Position numbers and translations under genes: made by a program. A DNA stretch of 63,543 nt, the filler included. It is 4 parts of 4 records of this genome, joined end to end, with 100 filler letters (N's around TTAATTAATTAA, not from the genome) between each part and the next. Parts side by side here need not be neighbours in the genome. Positions count along the whole stretch, not along the records: positions 39,015 to 55,986 come from SRR31156797_341; 3 more parts are not named here. One strand, 5' to 3'. The notes under the pieces were generated by a model. That model had not been told where the DNA came from and ran no database searches. It saw nothing but the letters and a program-made list of their open reading frames with translations. Every line of letters starts with the position of its first letter. Positions within the stretch are counted from its first letter, which is position 1. Shown piece after piece: positions 40,781 to 50,387 of the stretch.

Positions 40781-42472
40781 TTAAACTGCCGAGAGTTCTT
40801 CAATCATCGCCCTTCGCCTTTTGTATTTAATACGATAGTTCGTGAGTAATTCCTTAACCAGATCTTTTCCGCCTGGCAGCTGTTTTACCCTCTTTAAATT
40901 GCGTGCAAAATCACGATATTGGTTTCTTGAATTAGATGTTTCGGCAATGTGGTTTAAGGAAATTCGGTATAGTTCCAGAATTTCAGTTGTATAATCATCT
41001 AATAAAAGGCTTTCGTAATGTTGAAGCTTGTGAAATGATGGTTTCGTTTTGAGCAGGGTAAAGAGTTCGGCTTTCATTCCTTCCAATTCAAAAAAATTGA
41101 ATAGATAATGGTCGTCGTTTTTTTTGGTCCAGATAATCAGTTTATCGCGTTCGGTTGGCCAATCATTTTTAGCAATGAGTTTTTTTAGCTTTTTAAGATG
41201 TTCAGTACGGTTTCCGTTATCATTTTTAAAAAGCCATCGTGTTACTTCCAGCTGCTGTGTTTTGTCTTCAGTTAAATTGTGCAATTCAAGCAGTTGTTTG
41301 TGCCAGTCGACAACCAGTCCGGGATAATGTTCTTTTCTGCTCTGTTCAATCCCTTCCCGAATATACTGTTCAGCGTCATTAAAGTTTTTGTCGTCAATTA
41401 ACTGCTTTACTTTAATCTTTCTAAAGTCGTTCAGGTTGATGTTTTCTTCTACAATTTGTTGAGCTTCCTCCTTTTTGCCTTCTGCTGCCAATAATTGCAT
41501 TTTGTATTGCAGGTATTCGGCAGTATAGTAGTTTTTTGTCCAACTGTCGGCTGATTTCAACTCTTTTAGTTTGTTATTGATCAATTCGTATGCGTCATCA
41601 AATTTGTTAAGCTTTGTTGCCGTGTTGAAATACAGGGGTTCCAACTGGTCATCTATACCATAATTATTGTAATCGGGATTTTTTACCTGCTCGTGTAGCC
41701 AATGGAAAATGTTATCGTCAAGTTCATCGCTGTCGTTATCCGACAGTATCATTTCGATCATGTCGAACGCATCGTATATAGCCCCACCGCACTGGCCTGC
41801 CGAATCGTCCATGTATTGTATGGCCTTGCATCCTTCTGACGCAATGGCCGCTGCTATGTAAAAGGCCTCCATGTAATAGCCCTTTTTAACATGGTTTTCG
41901 GCTTTGATCAAAAAACCGCTTACATCCTTAATTGCGTCAAACGTGGAGTTGTAGTCGATGTAGCCATGCCGTTCGTATTGATTAAAACACCTGGCTATCT
42001 GGCTTTGGTAATAAGCCATGTTGTCTTTTTGTGAGCGGGATTCCGGTTTTGCAAACCTGAGCTTAATCTCATGTCTCAGGTTTTTGTCGCGGGTAGCATA
42101 GTCAATAATAAATTCTCGTAACTCATCGGTGCCGGTTTTTTTAATCAATTGCTGCCAGCTGCTCTCCCGGGAACTTTCGCTTCCGTTTTTGGCTTTTGTC
42201 ATCAAGCCTTCTTCTTCGATTTTTAGAGCCACAGCAGCCATATGTTTGCAAATAGGGCCATCATAGGGGCAGTTGCAATAATAATCTTCTATTTCACCCT
42301 GTTCGTTGGTTTCAATTTCAACTACATAATCATCGTAGTTGCCTTCCACCTCGGCAATCCATGTTCCATCAGTGTTTCGGTTAAGTTCGGTGATGGCGCC
42401 ATGATGGTAATAATCTTCGCCCCGCTCCAGAATTATCGGCGAAATCAGTTTAAGGAATTGTTGGATGTGCAT
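40781..42472 (-). CDS. SWIM zinc-finger protein with helical-repeat C-terminus
   Basis: ERGEDYY..AEVEG..CNCPYDGPICKH; ends RRRAMIEEL. Confidence 0.88.
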   Translation of the reverse strand: MHIQQFLKLISPIILERGEDYYHHGAITELNRNTDGTWIAEVEGNYDDYVVEIETNEQGEIEDYYCNCPYDGPICKHMAAVALKIEEEGLMTKAKNGSESSRESSWQQLIKKTGTDELREFIIDYATRDKNLRHEIKLRFAKPESRSQKDNMAYYQSQIARCFNQYERHGYIDYNSTFDAIKDVSGFLIKAENHVKKGYYMEAFYIAAAIASEGCKAIQYMDDSAGQCGGAIYDAFDMIEMILSDNDSDELDDNIFHWLHEQVKNPDYNNYGIDDQLEPLYFNTATKLNKFDDAYELINNKLKELKSADSWTKNYYTAEYLQYKMQLLAAEGKKEEAQQIVEENINLNDFRKIKVKQLIDDKNFNDAEQYIREGIEQSRKEHYPGLVVDWHKQLLELHNLTEDKTQQLEVTRWLFKNDNGNRTEHLKKLKKLIAKNDWPTERDKLIIWTKKNDDHYLFNFFELEGMKAELFTLLKTKPSFHKLQHYESLLLDDYTTEILELYRISLNHIAETSNSRNQYRDFARNLKRVKQLPGGKDLVKELLTNYRIKYKRRRAMIEELSAV

Positions 42473-42526
42473 GTGTTGTTTGTGTTTTTGAACGATCTTA
42501 AACTGCCTGGTAAGGTCGCGTGTAAG

Positions 42527-42862
42527 TTATTCTTCCTCCCACTCGAGGTAAGCATCAAGTATCCCGGAATTAGGCGAGTTAGCATCTACCGGATTTAATT
42601 CTGCCAATGGCACAACATATTTTCGCCGTCCCTTTTTTACATTCATGAGCATACCGTACAAATCTACAATGCTTTCAATTCCGGTTACTTTTACAATATC
42701 TCCGTATTTCAGCACTGAACTGTAAGAATAGGGAGTTACTTCCGCCTCGAAAGGAAAGGAAAGATTCTCTTCCATGAACTCAATCCAGGCCAATTCGATA
42801 TCACTTCGTTTACGGCTTTTGGCACGTTTTAAAACCGATTTTAATATTTCGTTGTGCTTCAT
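42527..42862 (-). CDS. CcbP-like small protein
   Basis: W..FMEENLSFPFEAEV, YG, VPLAEL, Y..W pattern. Confidence 0.65.
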   Translation of the reverse strand: MKHNEILKSVLKRAKSRKRSDIELAWIEFMEENLSFPFEAEVTPYSYSSVLKYGDIVKVTGIESIVDLYGMLMNVKKGRRKYVVPLAELNPVDANSPNSGILDAYLEWEEE

Positions 42863-43028
42863 ATTAGTTTAAAGATTGAACCCGGGATTAGTGATTTATT
42901 TTCAAATAACCCTTCGTGTACTCAATCGGTGCTTTTTGCAACGCATGAACACACAAAAGGTCATGGGTTTATTCGTTGATTTAGTTTCATCGTTGTTTGG
43001 AAATATTCATCATATTAGAGAATTTCTT

Positions 43029-43685
43029 TTAAGAAATTGCCCCAAAACCAATACCTGTTGAATTACCAATACCAACATTCCACGCAAAGGCTTTTGTTTC
43101 TGGATTGGCAAATATTTTTACCGGACAAATACTTGCCCGGTTATCAATACCATTGTATGTAACTTTAGCAGTTCGTGGTTTAGTGGACTTCAGGTCAAAC
43201 TCAACGTTTACACGATCCTTTTTTAGGCCTGCTGCATCCATTTTATTTATTAGGGTTTCTGTCATAAATCTTGAAGACTCTTTATCAGAGTATAAATAAT
43301 GTTTCTGACTATCGTTGATGTTCCTTTTAATAAATATTGGGCTTGCAGTATAAAATTCTGTTTGATGCGTGAAGTCAGGTTCAGGTTGCACAAAAAAGTC
43401 TTGAACCTTCATTCCCCACCTTAAAACAGGGCATTCTATAATACCTGCAATTAACTTCTTGAATAATTCTTTTTCATAAACACTAATAAACAATTTTGCT
43501 CCAAATGGGAAATTTAAACCGTTCTTAAGTGATCTTCCTCCACTTAAACGAGAAAATGAGTAAAGCGACAGATTATCATGCACATTGTTTTTCCCAATCC
43601 ATTTATGAAATGCACCAGTTAAAACTTCCTGATGATTATATGGAATTATTTCATTTGGCTTTGTAAATTGTATATGTACTCTCAT
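43029..43685 (-). CDS. cas6: CRISPR endoribonuclease Cas6 (copy A)
   Basis: LYSFS, SPIFIK, C-terminal G-rich loop GIGNSTGIGFG. Confidence 0.93.
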   Translation of the reverse strand: MRVHIQFTKPNEIIPYNHQEVLTGAFHKWIGKNNVHDNLSLYSFSRLSGGRSLKNGLNFPFGAKLFISVYEKELFKKLIAGIIECPVLRWGMKVQDFFVQPEPDFTHQTEFYTASPIFIKRNINDSQKHYLYSDKESSRFMTETLINKMDAAGLKKDRVNVEFDLKSTKPRTAKVTYNGIDNRASICPVKIFANPETKAFAWNVGIGNSTGIGFGAIS

Positions 43686-43687
43686 TG

Positions 43688-45697
43688 TTATAAGAATTGA
43701 TTGTTCGTAATTATGTTTTCAATTTTTAGTCGTTTGCGGCTGAATGTTAGCGACAAAATCTTAATTTTTTCCAAAACTTCTACCATTCGCTTGTCAAACT
43801 CAGTCCAGCCTTTTTTTCTTTTCTTGATTAATTCCTGAATTTTGTTTTCAAAAAGCAGTTTTAATTTTTTCTCTGCATTAAGTTCAGCGAACATGGCAAT
43901 TGCAGGTGTTTCGGTTAAAGTTGGAATTGTAGAAATCTCGTATTGCAAATCTTTGTCTCGCTCTATTAAATCGCCTACTGTATATTTTTCAATCGTGTAG
44001 TTTTCCCTTTTTATTTCATCAATATCCAGAATTACTTTGTTTTGCAAAATCCATTCGAGCGAATAGGTAAGTTCTTTTTGCTCTGCTTCTTCTACGATCT
44101 GAACAATTTTTGATGCATCCCTGAAAGTTAAATAGGTATCGCGATATCTTTCCCACCAGCTTTCCAGTTCTTTTACAGTTGAACCATTAGGCTCTAACTT
44201 TTTCAAATTCCAAATACTTGAGTTTATACTTTGAAACAGGTTGTAACGAGCAGAATACTTGGGGTTTTCGGAAATTCCGATTTCGTATATTCGGGTTTGA
44301 AAAGTTTTGAAAGTATTGTAGTTGCCAATTTTTTTTCCATTTTTTTTTGTCCGATATATATTTTCTTTAATGCACCACAAATATTCTCCAATGTAAGAAG
44401 GAACGGTTTCCGTGTAGAATTTTTTTGACTTAAAAACTGGCTCGATTTCCTCCAAAAATTCATAATAGCTGAATTCAGCTTCCTGAATATTTTTTTTCAG
44501 TCGATTAAATTGAATATTTTCTTTTATGGCAACCGCAATTTTACCCGGCAAATCGCCTCTTGCTACGCGGCCAAAGCGTTGCACAAAATTCCCGTAGAAT
44601 TTCCCTGGCTGCATTATGGCATATTCCACACCATAATTAACGCCAACTTCGGCTTTATTTGTTGCTAAAATAATATTTGCTGTTTTGATTTCTTCGTTCT
44701 GGTTTTCATCTTTGCTTGCATATCCCGTACTCTGAACAATTTTAAAGTTGGGAAGCCGGCTTGAAATAATTTGCGAAAAGCGCTGCAATTCGGCAAGGGT
44801 ATCAAAAATAATCAATACTTTTCTACCCGATTGGACTTCGGCTTCAATTTCATCATATTTGCTTTCAATCAGTTGCGTGTAATTTTGTGCATGATGAATT
44901 TCAACAGCCAATTTGCCGTGTATGGCACGTGCTTTTTCATTGTCGGAAACAATATCTTCAATTATTTCTTTGTGTTCATGCTTCAAATCAGACAAAACCT
45001 GCTGCAAACCTTTTTCGGGCGTTGCCGAAACAAAAAGGTATTTGATTTTATGGTTTTCACTGCTGAATATTTCACGCATGTAGGTTAATGTGAGAATATT
45101 GGCAATTTGTGCTTCATCGTACAAATGGTATTCATCGAAAATAATGTAATCGAAATAATCCAAGAAATTGTGAAACTCTTTTCTGCCGGTTTTCCCAAAA
45201 TGTCTTTTGTGGTAACCGCCGTGCATGGCATAATTAATTATGTCGGGGTTGGTAATAAGCAAATCATTACTTTGTGCTATTTCCAAAATTCCTGTCCACC
45301 GCTCAAACCCTTTTTTTTGTAATTCGTTCAGGTGTTTTCCTGTAATTTTTCCTATGCTAATTTCATTCTGGTACATATTGGAAAAATTTTCATGCAACTC
45401 GTCAATTAAAGCATTAGTTGGTAGAACAACCAGACCGCGTTTGCCTTGTCGCAAGCCGGTAAAACCTGCATTTTGCTGCGATTTTAAAACCGGAAACGGG
45501 AAAGCATAGCTTTTACCCGTTCCGGTTGGTGCTGTAATTACTGTAAATTCAGGAAATTTATCAAAATCATCTTTGATACGCTTTTGCACGAGATGCAGCG
45601 GAAATTCATTGTAATTTCCTTTGCCATCGGGAAATTGGCCAAGCGTATCGGTTTGTTTTACATATTGCGGTTTTATGCTGAAATTAATTTGCTTCAT
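43688..45697 (-). CDS. cas3: Type I-D helicase Cas3' (no HD domain)
   Basis: APTGTGKS, PTNAL, TNPD, DEYH, SAT, QRFGRVAR; no N-terminal HD. Confidence 0.9.
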   Translation of the reverse strand: MKQINFSIKPQYVKQTDTLGQFPDGKGNYNEFPLHLVQKRIKDDFDKFPEFTVITAPTGTGKSYAFPFPVLKSQQNAGFTGLRQGKRGLVVLPTNALIDELHENFSNMYQNEISIGKITGKHLNELQKKGFERWTGILEIAQSNDLLITNPDIINYAMHGGYHKRHFGKTGRKEFHNFLDYFDYIIFDEYHLYDEAQIANILTLTYMREIFSSENHKIKYLFVSATPEKGLQQVLSDLKHEHKEIIEDIVSDNEKARAIHGKLAVEIHHAQNYTQLIESKYDEIEAEVQSGRKVLIIFDTLAELQRFSQIISSRLPNFKIVQSTGYASKDENQNEEIKTANIILATNKAEVGVNYGVEYAIMQPGKFYGNFVQRFGRVARGDLPGKIAVAIKENIQFNRLKKNIQEAEFSYYEFLEEIEPVFKSKKFYTETVPSYIGEYLWCIKENIYRTKKNGKKIGNYNTFKTFQTRIYEIGISENPKYSARYNLFQSINSSIWNLKKLEPNGSTVKELESWWERYRDTYLTFRDASKIVQIVEEAEQKELTYSLEWILQNKVILDIDEIKRENYTIEKYTVGDLIERDKDLQYEISTIPTLTETPAIAMFAELNAEKKLKLLFENKIQELIKKRKKGWTEFDKRMVEVLEKIKILSLTFSRKRLKIENIITNNQFL

Positions 45698-45698
45698 A

Positions 45699-46388
45699 CT
45701 AAAAAACGTTCTTAAAAATGGTTTCTACTTGTTTCTGTGAAAAACCTTTGAGCAATGCATAATTTTCGAGAATGTACTGATAATTTGCTGAACCGTTTTC
45801 GTCTATCGAAATATCCATTGCTTGTTGCAGATTATCAAAAACCACTTTGAGCGTGTAGGCATTTAGCCAAAAACTATTATCCGTGTTTTCAATCGGGATT
45901 TCTTCCAATTTCAACAAAGTTTCTTTTTGATTGCCTACCCGCATAGTTGGTGGAAATTCAACAGGACTTTTCGAAATCAATAAACAAATAAACTCATTCT
46001 GCAAAGCAACGCCTTGCGTATGAATTAAATTTTTGAATGGCGATTTTCCTGATTTTTCAATGCTTTTAATGTCATAAAAACCATCGGTATTAAACAAAGT
46101 ATTTCGCGTATAACTTCCGGTTCTTGTCGGTTTGCCGGCAAATTCAAATTTGTTTGTTTGTTTTTTTACGGGTTTCCCGACTGTCAAGTAGTATCCAAAA
46201 TCAGTAATTTCTTTATAATTTGGCTTTAACCGATGTTCATAAATTTCGGCGTTTTTGTTAATTGCCTTATTTAGTGCATAAGTCAAAGCCAAATCGCCCA
46301 AAAAACCTCCGGTTATCGAACCATTGGATATTTCGGTATGATAAAATAAATGGTTCAGCAGTGTTATTTTTATTGCTTGTAGTTCCAT
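45699..46388 (-). CDS. cas5d: Type I-D Cas5 (Csc1)
   Basis: ITLLNHLFY..ALTYAL and P..MRVG motifs; lies between cas7d and cas3'. Confidence 0.8.
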   Translation of the reverse strand: MELQAIKITLLNHLFYHTEISNGSITGGFLGDLALTYALNKAINKNAEIYEHRLKPNYKEITDFGYYLTVGKPVKKQTNKFEFAGKPTRTGSYTRNTLFNTDGFYDIKSIEKSGKSPFKNLIHTQGVALQNEFICLLISKSPVEFPPTMRVGNQKETLLKLEEIPIENTDNSFWLNAYTLKVVFDNLQQAMDISIDENGSANYQYILENYALLKGFSQKQVETIFKNVF

Positions 46389-47314
46389 TATTTTATCACT
46401 TTAGTTTCTTTCAATAAGGTTTGACAATCATTTTGTGCTTTTTGGTAATGTTCATGTAAGGCATTTTCTTTCCACATTTTATCAATCAAATCTTTGAATT
46501 GTTTGCCGTCTTTGAATTTATCTCCGTAATATTCTGTCATTGCCGTTTCAATTGCAGCTTTTACGGTGTCAAAATTTACATCGTTGTCTTCTTTCCATTT
46601 ATCGGAAATTGAAAAACTGTTTACCGGTGCTTCAAATTTGTCGAAACCAATACCAACCAGATGATTAACCATATTTGCACCAAGTGTTGTACTTTGTGCG
46701 CCGTAGCGATTTTCGTGCAAAACAGACGAAAGCAGGTGTACCAATAATTCCGGCGTTACATTTTCAACCGTAAGAAAATGCGGGAAATAGGTTTTTGGCA
46801 TTACATACTGTACCTGAAATAGTGATTGGCGCAATTTGCCTTCTTCCTCGTTCCACATGGTTCCACCCTCGCTCAATGCATTGTGTTGGAAAGTGTCGGT
46901 AATTTCGTTTACATCGCGTATTGAGTAAGCCCAATCGTAAATTACACGGCTGGTAATTCCAACTGAATCGCCGCTTTCAGTGGTCGAATCGCCAAAAAGA
47001 ATTGAATTCGGATTATTGAGAAGTTTACTTCCTTTTATTAAATTGTAACGTACATTTTTATCTACAACATCCATTGCACGGCAAATTTTCAGACCACGCA
47101 ATTTCTCTTTGCTTTTTAGTTTTCGCGCCGGAATTTCAACAATGTCCTTTTCTTCGCTTGCTTTAAACGTTATGGTTTCATCAGGAAAATTGCTGCGAAT
47201 AATCATCGGGTTTACTACTTCGCGCAAAAGCGCAATTTTAATAACGCCAAGCGTATTGTCTTTCAGGTTTTCTACGAAATATTCTTTCGGAATTAAATCA
47301 AATATCTGTTTCAT
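46388..47314 (-). CDS. cas7d: Type I-D Cas7 (Csc2)
   Basis: LLRE..P..IRS, RKLKSKE, LFGD, SRVIYD.AYS, YV.P..YFP, RYGA motifs. Confidence 0.85.
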   Translation of the reverse strand: MKQIFDLIPKEYFVENLKDNTLGVIKIALLREVVNPMIIRSNFPDETITFKASEEKDIVEIPARKLKSKEKLRGLKICRAMDVVDKNVRYNLIKGSKLLNNPNSILFGDSTTESGDSVGITSRVIYDWAYSIRDVNEITDTFQHNALSEGGTMWNEEEGKLRQSLFQVQYVMPKTYFPHFLTVENVTPELLVHLLSSVLHENRYGAQSTTLGANMVNHLVGIGFDKFEAPVNSFSISDKWKEDNDVNFDTVKAAIETAMTEYYGDKFKDGKQFKDLIDKMWKENALHEHYQKAQNDCQTLLKETKVIK

Positions 47315-47325
47315 TTTATCTGGTT

Positions 47326-47823
47326 TTATTTGTTTGTTACTTTGTTTAAAATTCTTTCTGTAATTGTTTCGGCAAAATATTTTTGCTTTTCACCCAACTG
47401 TGCTGTAATGTTTTCGGGGGTTGCTTCAAGGTTTTCGTCTTTCAGCTTTTTGATGATTTTCTCATCTACACGGTCGTTAATCAGCTCATCAACTTTCATT
47501 TTGTAAACAAAGCCGAATTGATAAATCCAGTCCTTTTGCCGGTTTATGGTCGGTAAATTACCATTCCATTCTTTTTCGTACAATTCTTCATAAACCATAC
47601 GTGCAAATTCCTGAATCACAGCACTATTTATGCGTTCTTGGCGCAAAGTTTTATGGATATTTCCGCCAATTTGCTGAATAGTGTCTTCTTTGCTTCGTTT
47701 TTCCTTGCGGTTTTTGCGAATGAAATCGAGGGCTTCTCTAATTAGCCGTGTTTCTTCGCTGCCGCTTTTAGCACTGCTTTGTATTTTTAGTGCTACATCG
47801 ACAATTTTTTCTATTGTAGTCAT
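47326..47823 (-). CDS. cas11d: Putative Cas11d small subunit from an internal in-frame start in cas10d (165 aa)
   Basis: ATG at codon 780 (MTTIEKIVDVA) preceded by A-rich ACATAAATTTAAAAAT; helical C-terminal domain. Confidence 0.7.
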   Translation of the reverse strand: MTTIEKIVDVALKIQSSAKSGSEETRLIREALDFIRKNRKEKRSKEDTIQQIGGNIHKTLRQERINSAVIQEFARMVYEELYEKEWNGNLPTINRQKDWIYQFGFVYKMKVDELINDRVDEKIIKKLKDENLEATPENITAQLGEKQKYFAETITERILNKVTNK

Positions 47824-50160
47824 ATTTTTAAATTTATGTGGATATTTAGTTATGAACTTTTTTAACTTATTTGATGCACTTGCAACTTCTTGTTGCTCTT
47901 TACGCATTTTAAACTCATAAAAGGCTCGAAAAATCGAATTTGGCCTTTCTGCATAATTTAAAACCAAACCAGAATTGATGCTTTTTTTGCTTTTCCCAAG
48001 TGCAAAGAGTAAATCTACCTCATCAAGTACATTATCAATTTCATTTAATCGAACTTTGTTCCATCCCAAATCTTTTACAAAACGCGGGGCATTTTCATAA
48101 ACAAAAGTTTCTATATGAGAACGATATGGTGACATAATACCAGTTATATACATCCGGATATTAAGGTTTTTGATAATAACCAAACTATTTCTGATTAACC
48201 AGATAGCACTTATCATATCGCTGCCAATTTCTACAAATTCTAAATTCCTGTTGGTTGGTTGAAATTTAGCTGCTTTATCAAATTGAATTATGCCGTCTTT
48301 TGAAATGGTATGATTTCGCGATTGAATACTGTTGTGGATTATGTCGGGATTGATGTCCAAAGTCGTTTCAAAGAAATCATAGTAAATTACATGATTTGAT
48401 TTTGCACGCTTAAATGAAGATTTTCGCAGTTTATTCTCTTCTGCCATTAATTTTGATACAAAACTCGTTGTATTCTGCAGTGATGCAACCGTTCGGTTTG
48501 AAAATCCTCTGGCATTCATTCCAAAAGCAACACTGGCAACATACTCCTCAGTGCCTGTTGTTCCGGTGTAAGCACACATTTTCTTTTTAACTGGCACGTT
48601 AGGTGTGTCATTAAGTATTGTTCCAAAATCCCGGTTTCCTTTGTAAGTGAGAAATTTTGAATACAACCCGGTAAGTACAGATTGCTCTCCGGCGTTGCTC
48701 GTTGCAAATGTTTGAATTATTTGCTCATACAAATTATTTATGTACGCTTCTTGCGCTTCTTCGTCTTCAAATGAATTAATTGCATTAACGGTTTTTACAA
48801 TCGCAACATAATTTTTCAACAAAGCATTCTGGGAATTTGTGATTCCAGAGAAATATGTTTTTAAGTCAGATATTTTAGATATTGCCATTTTATCATCTTC
48901 CGAAATATTAAATTTACCATCAAGTTCAAACAAAAAATCATCTTCCGAATCAATTGCTTTTTTAAAATCCTTATCCCACGCTTTATTTGATTTTCCATTA
49001 AGCCACATCATTTTTTGCAATGCAAAAAGTTTCACAAATTCAGGAAACTCCTCCATTGCATTTTTATCAAAACGTAAATAAATTTTATCATTTTGAATAT
49101 CAACATTGATTGGTAGCTCGGCAGCTTCGGTTAATGCTTCATTAAATCGCACAAAATCATCAAAATATTCAATTTTATTCCTACCATTAGGTGAAAGCAG
49201 TAAAAAACTATCTGCAGATTTTTCGATTATCTCATTAATTATTACTTTTGTGAGCTCAACCGAACCAAGAAAGCCAAAGTTGCATTTTTGGGCATCAATT
49301 TTTGTCAGTCCCAGAACATTCAGGTCATCGTTTCCTCCCTCAAACTCTTCAAAAATCTGCTGTTTTTCGTTTTCTTGTAAATCATCGCCAAAAAACAAAA
49401 TGCCATCGCGCATGGTGTACAAAATTTTCCGATTATTTTGTGTTATGACTTTTGCAGCGGCATTCAAAAGATTTTGACTTAAAAGCGTATAAGGATTTTC
49501 GTGGATTTTTATGTACGAAATTGGTAATTTAAATATCTGTGCTATTTTATCCAGTGTTTTTTGCGCCTCACGGTAAAACGTTTCTATACCGTCCAATTCC
49601 TGAATTGAAGCTAAACCATCTGCAAAATTGCAAAGTGGCGTAAGGATTTCATTTAAGTGTTTAAACTCCAACGAAACCTTATTTTTGTTTTTCATTGCTT
49701 CGGTTCGATTTTCTGTAGATAGCGAAAGAAAAAATACATCACCTTTATAATGATTAAAATCTTCAAAAAACTCAGAAATATGCAATTCTTTATCTAAACT
49801 TTCAACATCAATTAATGCAGTATCCCAGCTTTTTCTTGTAAGTTTATCGGCATCGTGAAATGTAAAACCAAGAATAAATGTTTTTAGGTATTTCTCAATT
49901 TCTTGGTTTTCAATTAAACCTCGCTGTTTGCAAAATTGCTCATAAACAAAAAGAGCTGGAATCAAGCCATTCAATATATGAATATGATACGGCATATCGT
50001 AAAAATCTGCTTTAACTTTATTGTCAGCTATAAAAAGCCCTTTAGCCTGAATTACATGTTTCAAATTCAAAATCCCTTTCAAAACTGTATCAAAATATTT
50101 TTGAATAGTTTCTTGAAATACATAGGTTTCAAAGTATTGTTCTGTTAATGTGTATCTCAT
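47326..50160 (-). CDS. cas10d: Type I-D large subunit Cas10d (Csc3) with N-terminal HD nuclease
   Basis: 944 aa; D.PY..HILNGL.P, GFTFHDADK and FADGLAS HD motifs; no GGDD; first gene of the effector module. Confidence 0.88.
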   Translation of the reverse strand: MRYTLTEQYFETYVFQETIQKYFDTVLKGILNLKHVIQAKGLFIADNKVKADFYDMPYHIHILNGLIPALFVYEQFCKQRGLIENQEIEKYLKTFILGFTFHDADKLTRKSWDTALIDVESLDKELHISEFFEDFNHYKGDVFFLSLSTENRTEAMKNKNKVSLEFKHLNEILTPLCNFADGLASIQELDGIETFYREAQKTLDKIAQIFKLPISYIKIHENPYTLLSQNLLNAAAKVITQNNRKILYTMRDGILFFGDDLQENEKQQIFEEFEGGNDDLNVLGLTKIDAQKCNFGFLGSVELTKVIINEIIEKSADSFLLLSPNGRNKIEYFDDFVRFNEALTEAAELPINVDIQNDKIYLRFDKNAMEEFPEFVKLFALQKMMWLNGKSNKAWDKDFKKAIDSEDDFLFELDGKFNISEDDKMAISKISDLKTYFSGITNSQNALLKNYVAIVKTVNAINSFEDEEAQEAYINNLYEQIIQTFATSNAGEQSVLTGLYSKFLTYKGNRDFGTILNDTPNVPVKKKMCAYTGTTGTEEYVASVAFGMNARGFSNRTVASLQNTTSFVSKLMAEENKLRKSSFKRAKSNHVIYYDFFETTLDINPDIIHNSIQSRNHTISKDGIIQFDKAAKFQPTNRNLEFVEIGSDMISAIWLIRNSLVIIKNLNIRMYITGIMSPYRSHIETFVYENAPRFVKDLGWNKVRLNEIDNVLDEVDLLFALGKSKKSINSGLVLNYAERPNSIFRAFYEFKMRKEQQEVASASNKLKKFITKYPHKFKNMTTIEKIVDVALKIQSSAKSGSEETRLIREALDFIRKNRKEKRSKEDTIQQIGGNIHKTLRQERINSAVIQEFARMVYEELYEKEWNGNLPTINRQKDWIYQFGFVYKMKVDELINDRVDEKIIKKLKDENLEATPENITAQLGEKQKYFAETITERILNKVTNK

Positions 50161-50218
50161 AAATAATATGTTGTTTTGATATTCAAATTAGAATAAGTCA
50201 TCAAATATTTTTCATCGG

Positions 50219-50383
50219 TCAAACCAATCCCCCCTTCCTCAACTCATCCTTCAGCGACGGTAGGTGGGGTTTGTGGTTGTAGAGTTCGCGGGCAAAGACA
50301 CGGTTTTCGGCTTTGTGGCAGGGGATGTTTTTGGTTAGTAGCTGCCATCCTGCCATGTGATGGGATAATTTTTTAACGTTCAT
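50219..50383 (-). CDS. Possible 54-aa small ORF or gene remnant between cas6 and cas10d
   Basis: MNVKKLSHHMAGWQLL...LPSLKDELRKGGLV, starts 4 nt after the cas6 stop. Confidence 0.3.
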   Translation of the reverse strand: MNVKKLSHHMAGWQLLTKNIPCHKAENRVFARELYNHKPHLPSLKDELRKGGLV

Positions 50384-50387
50384 TTTT

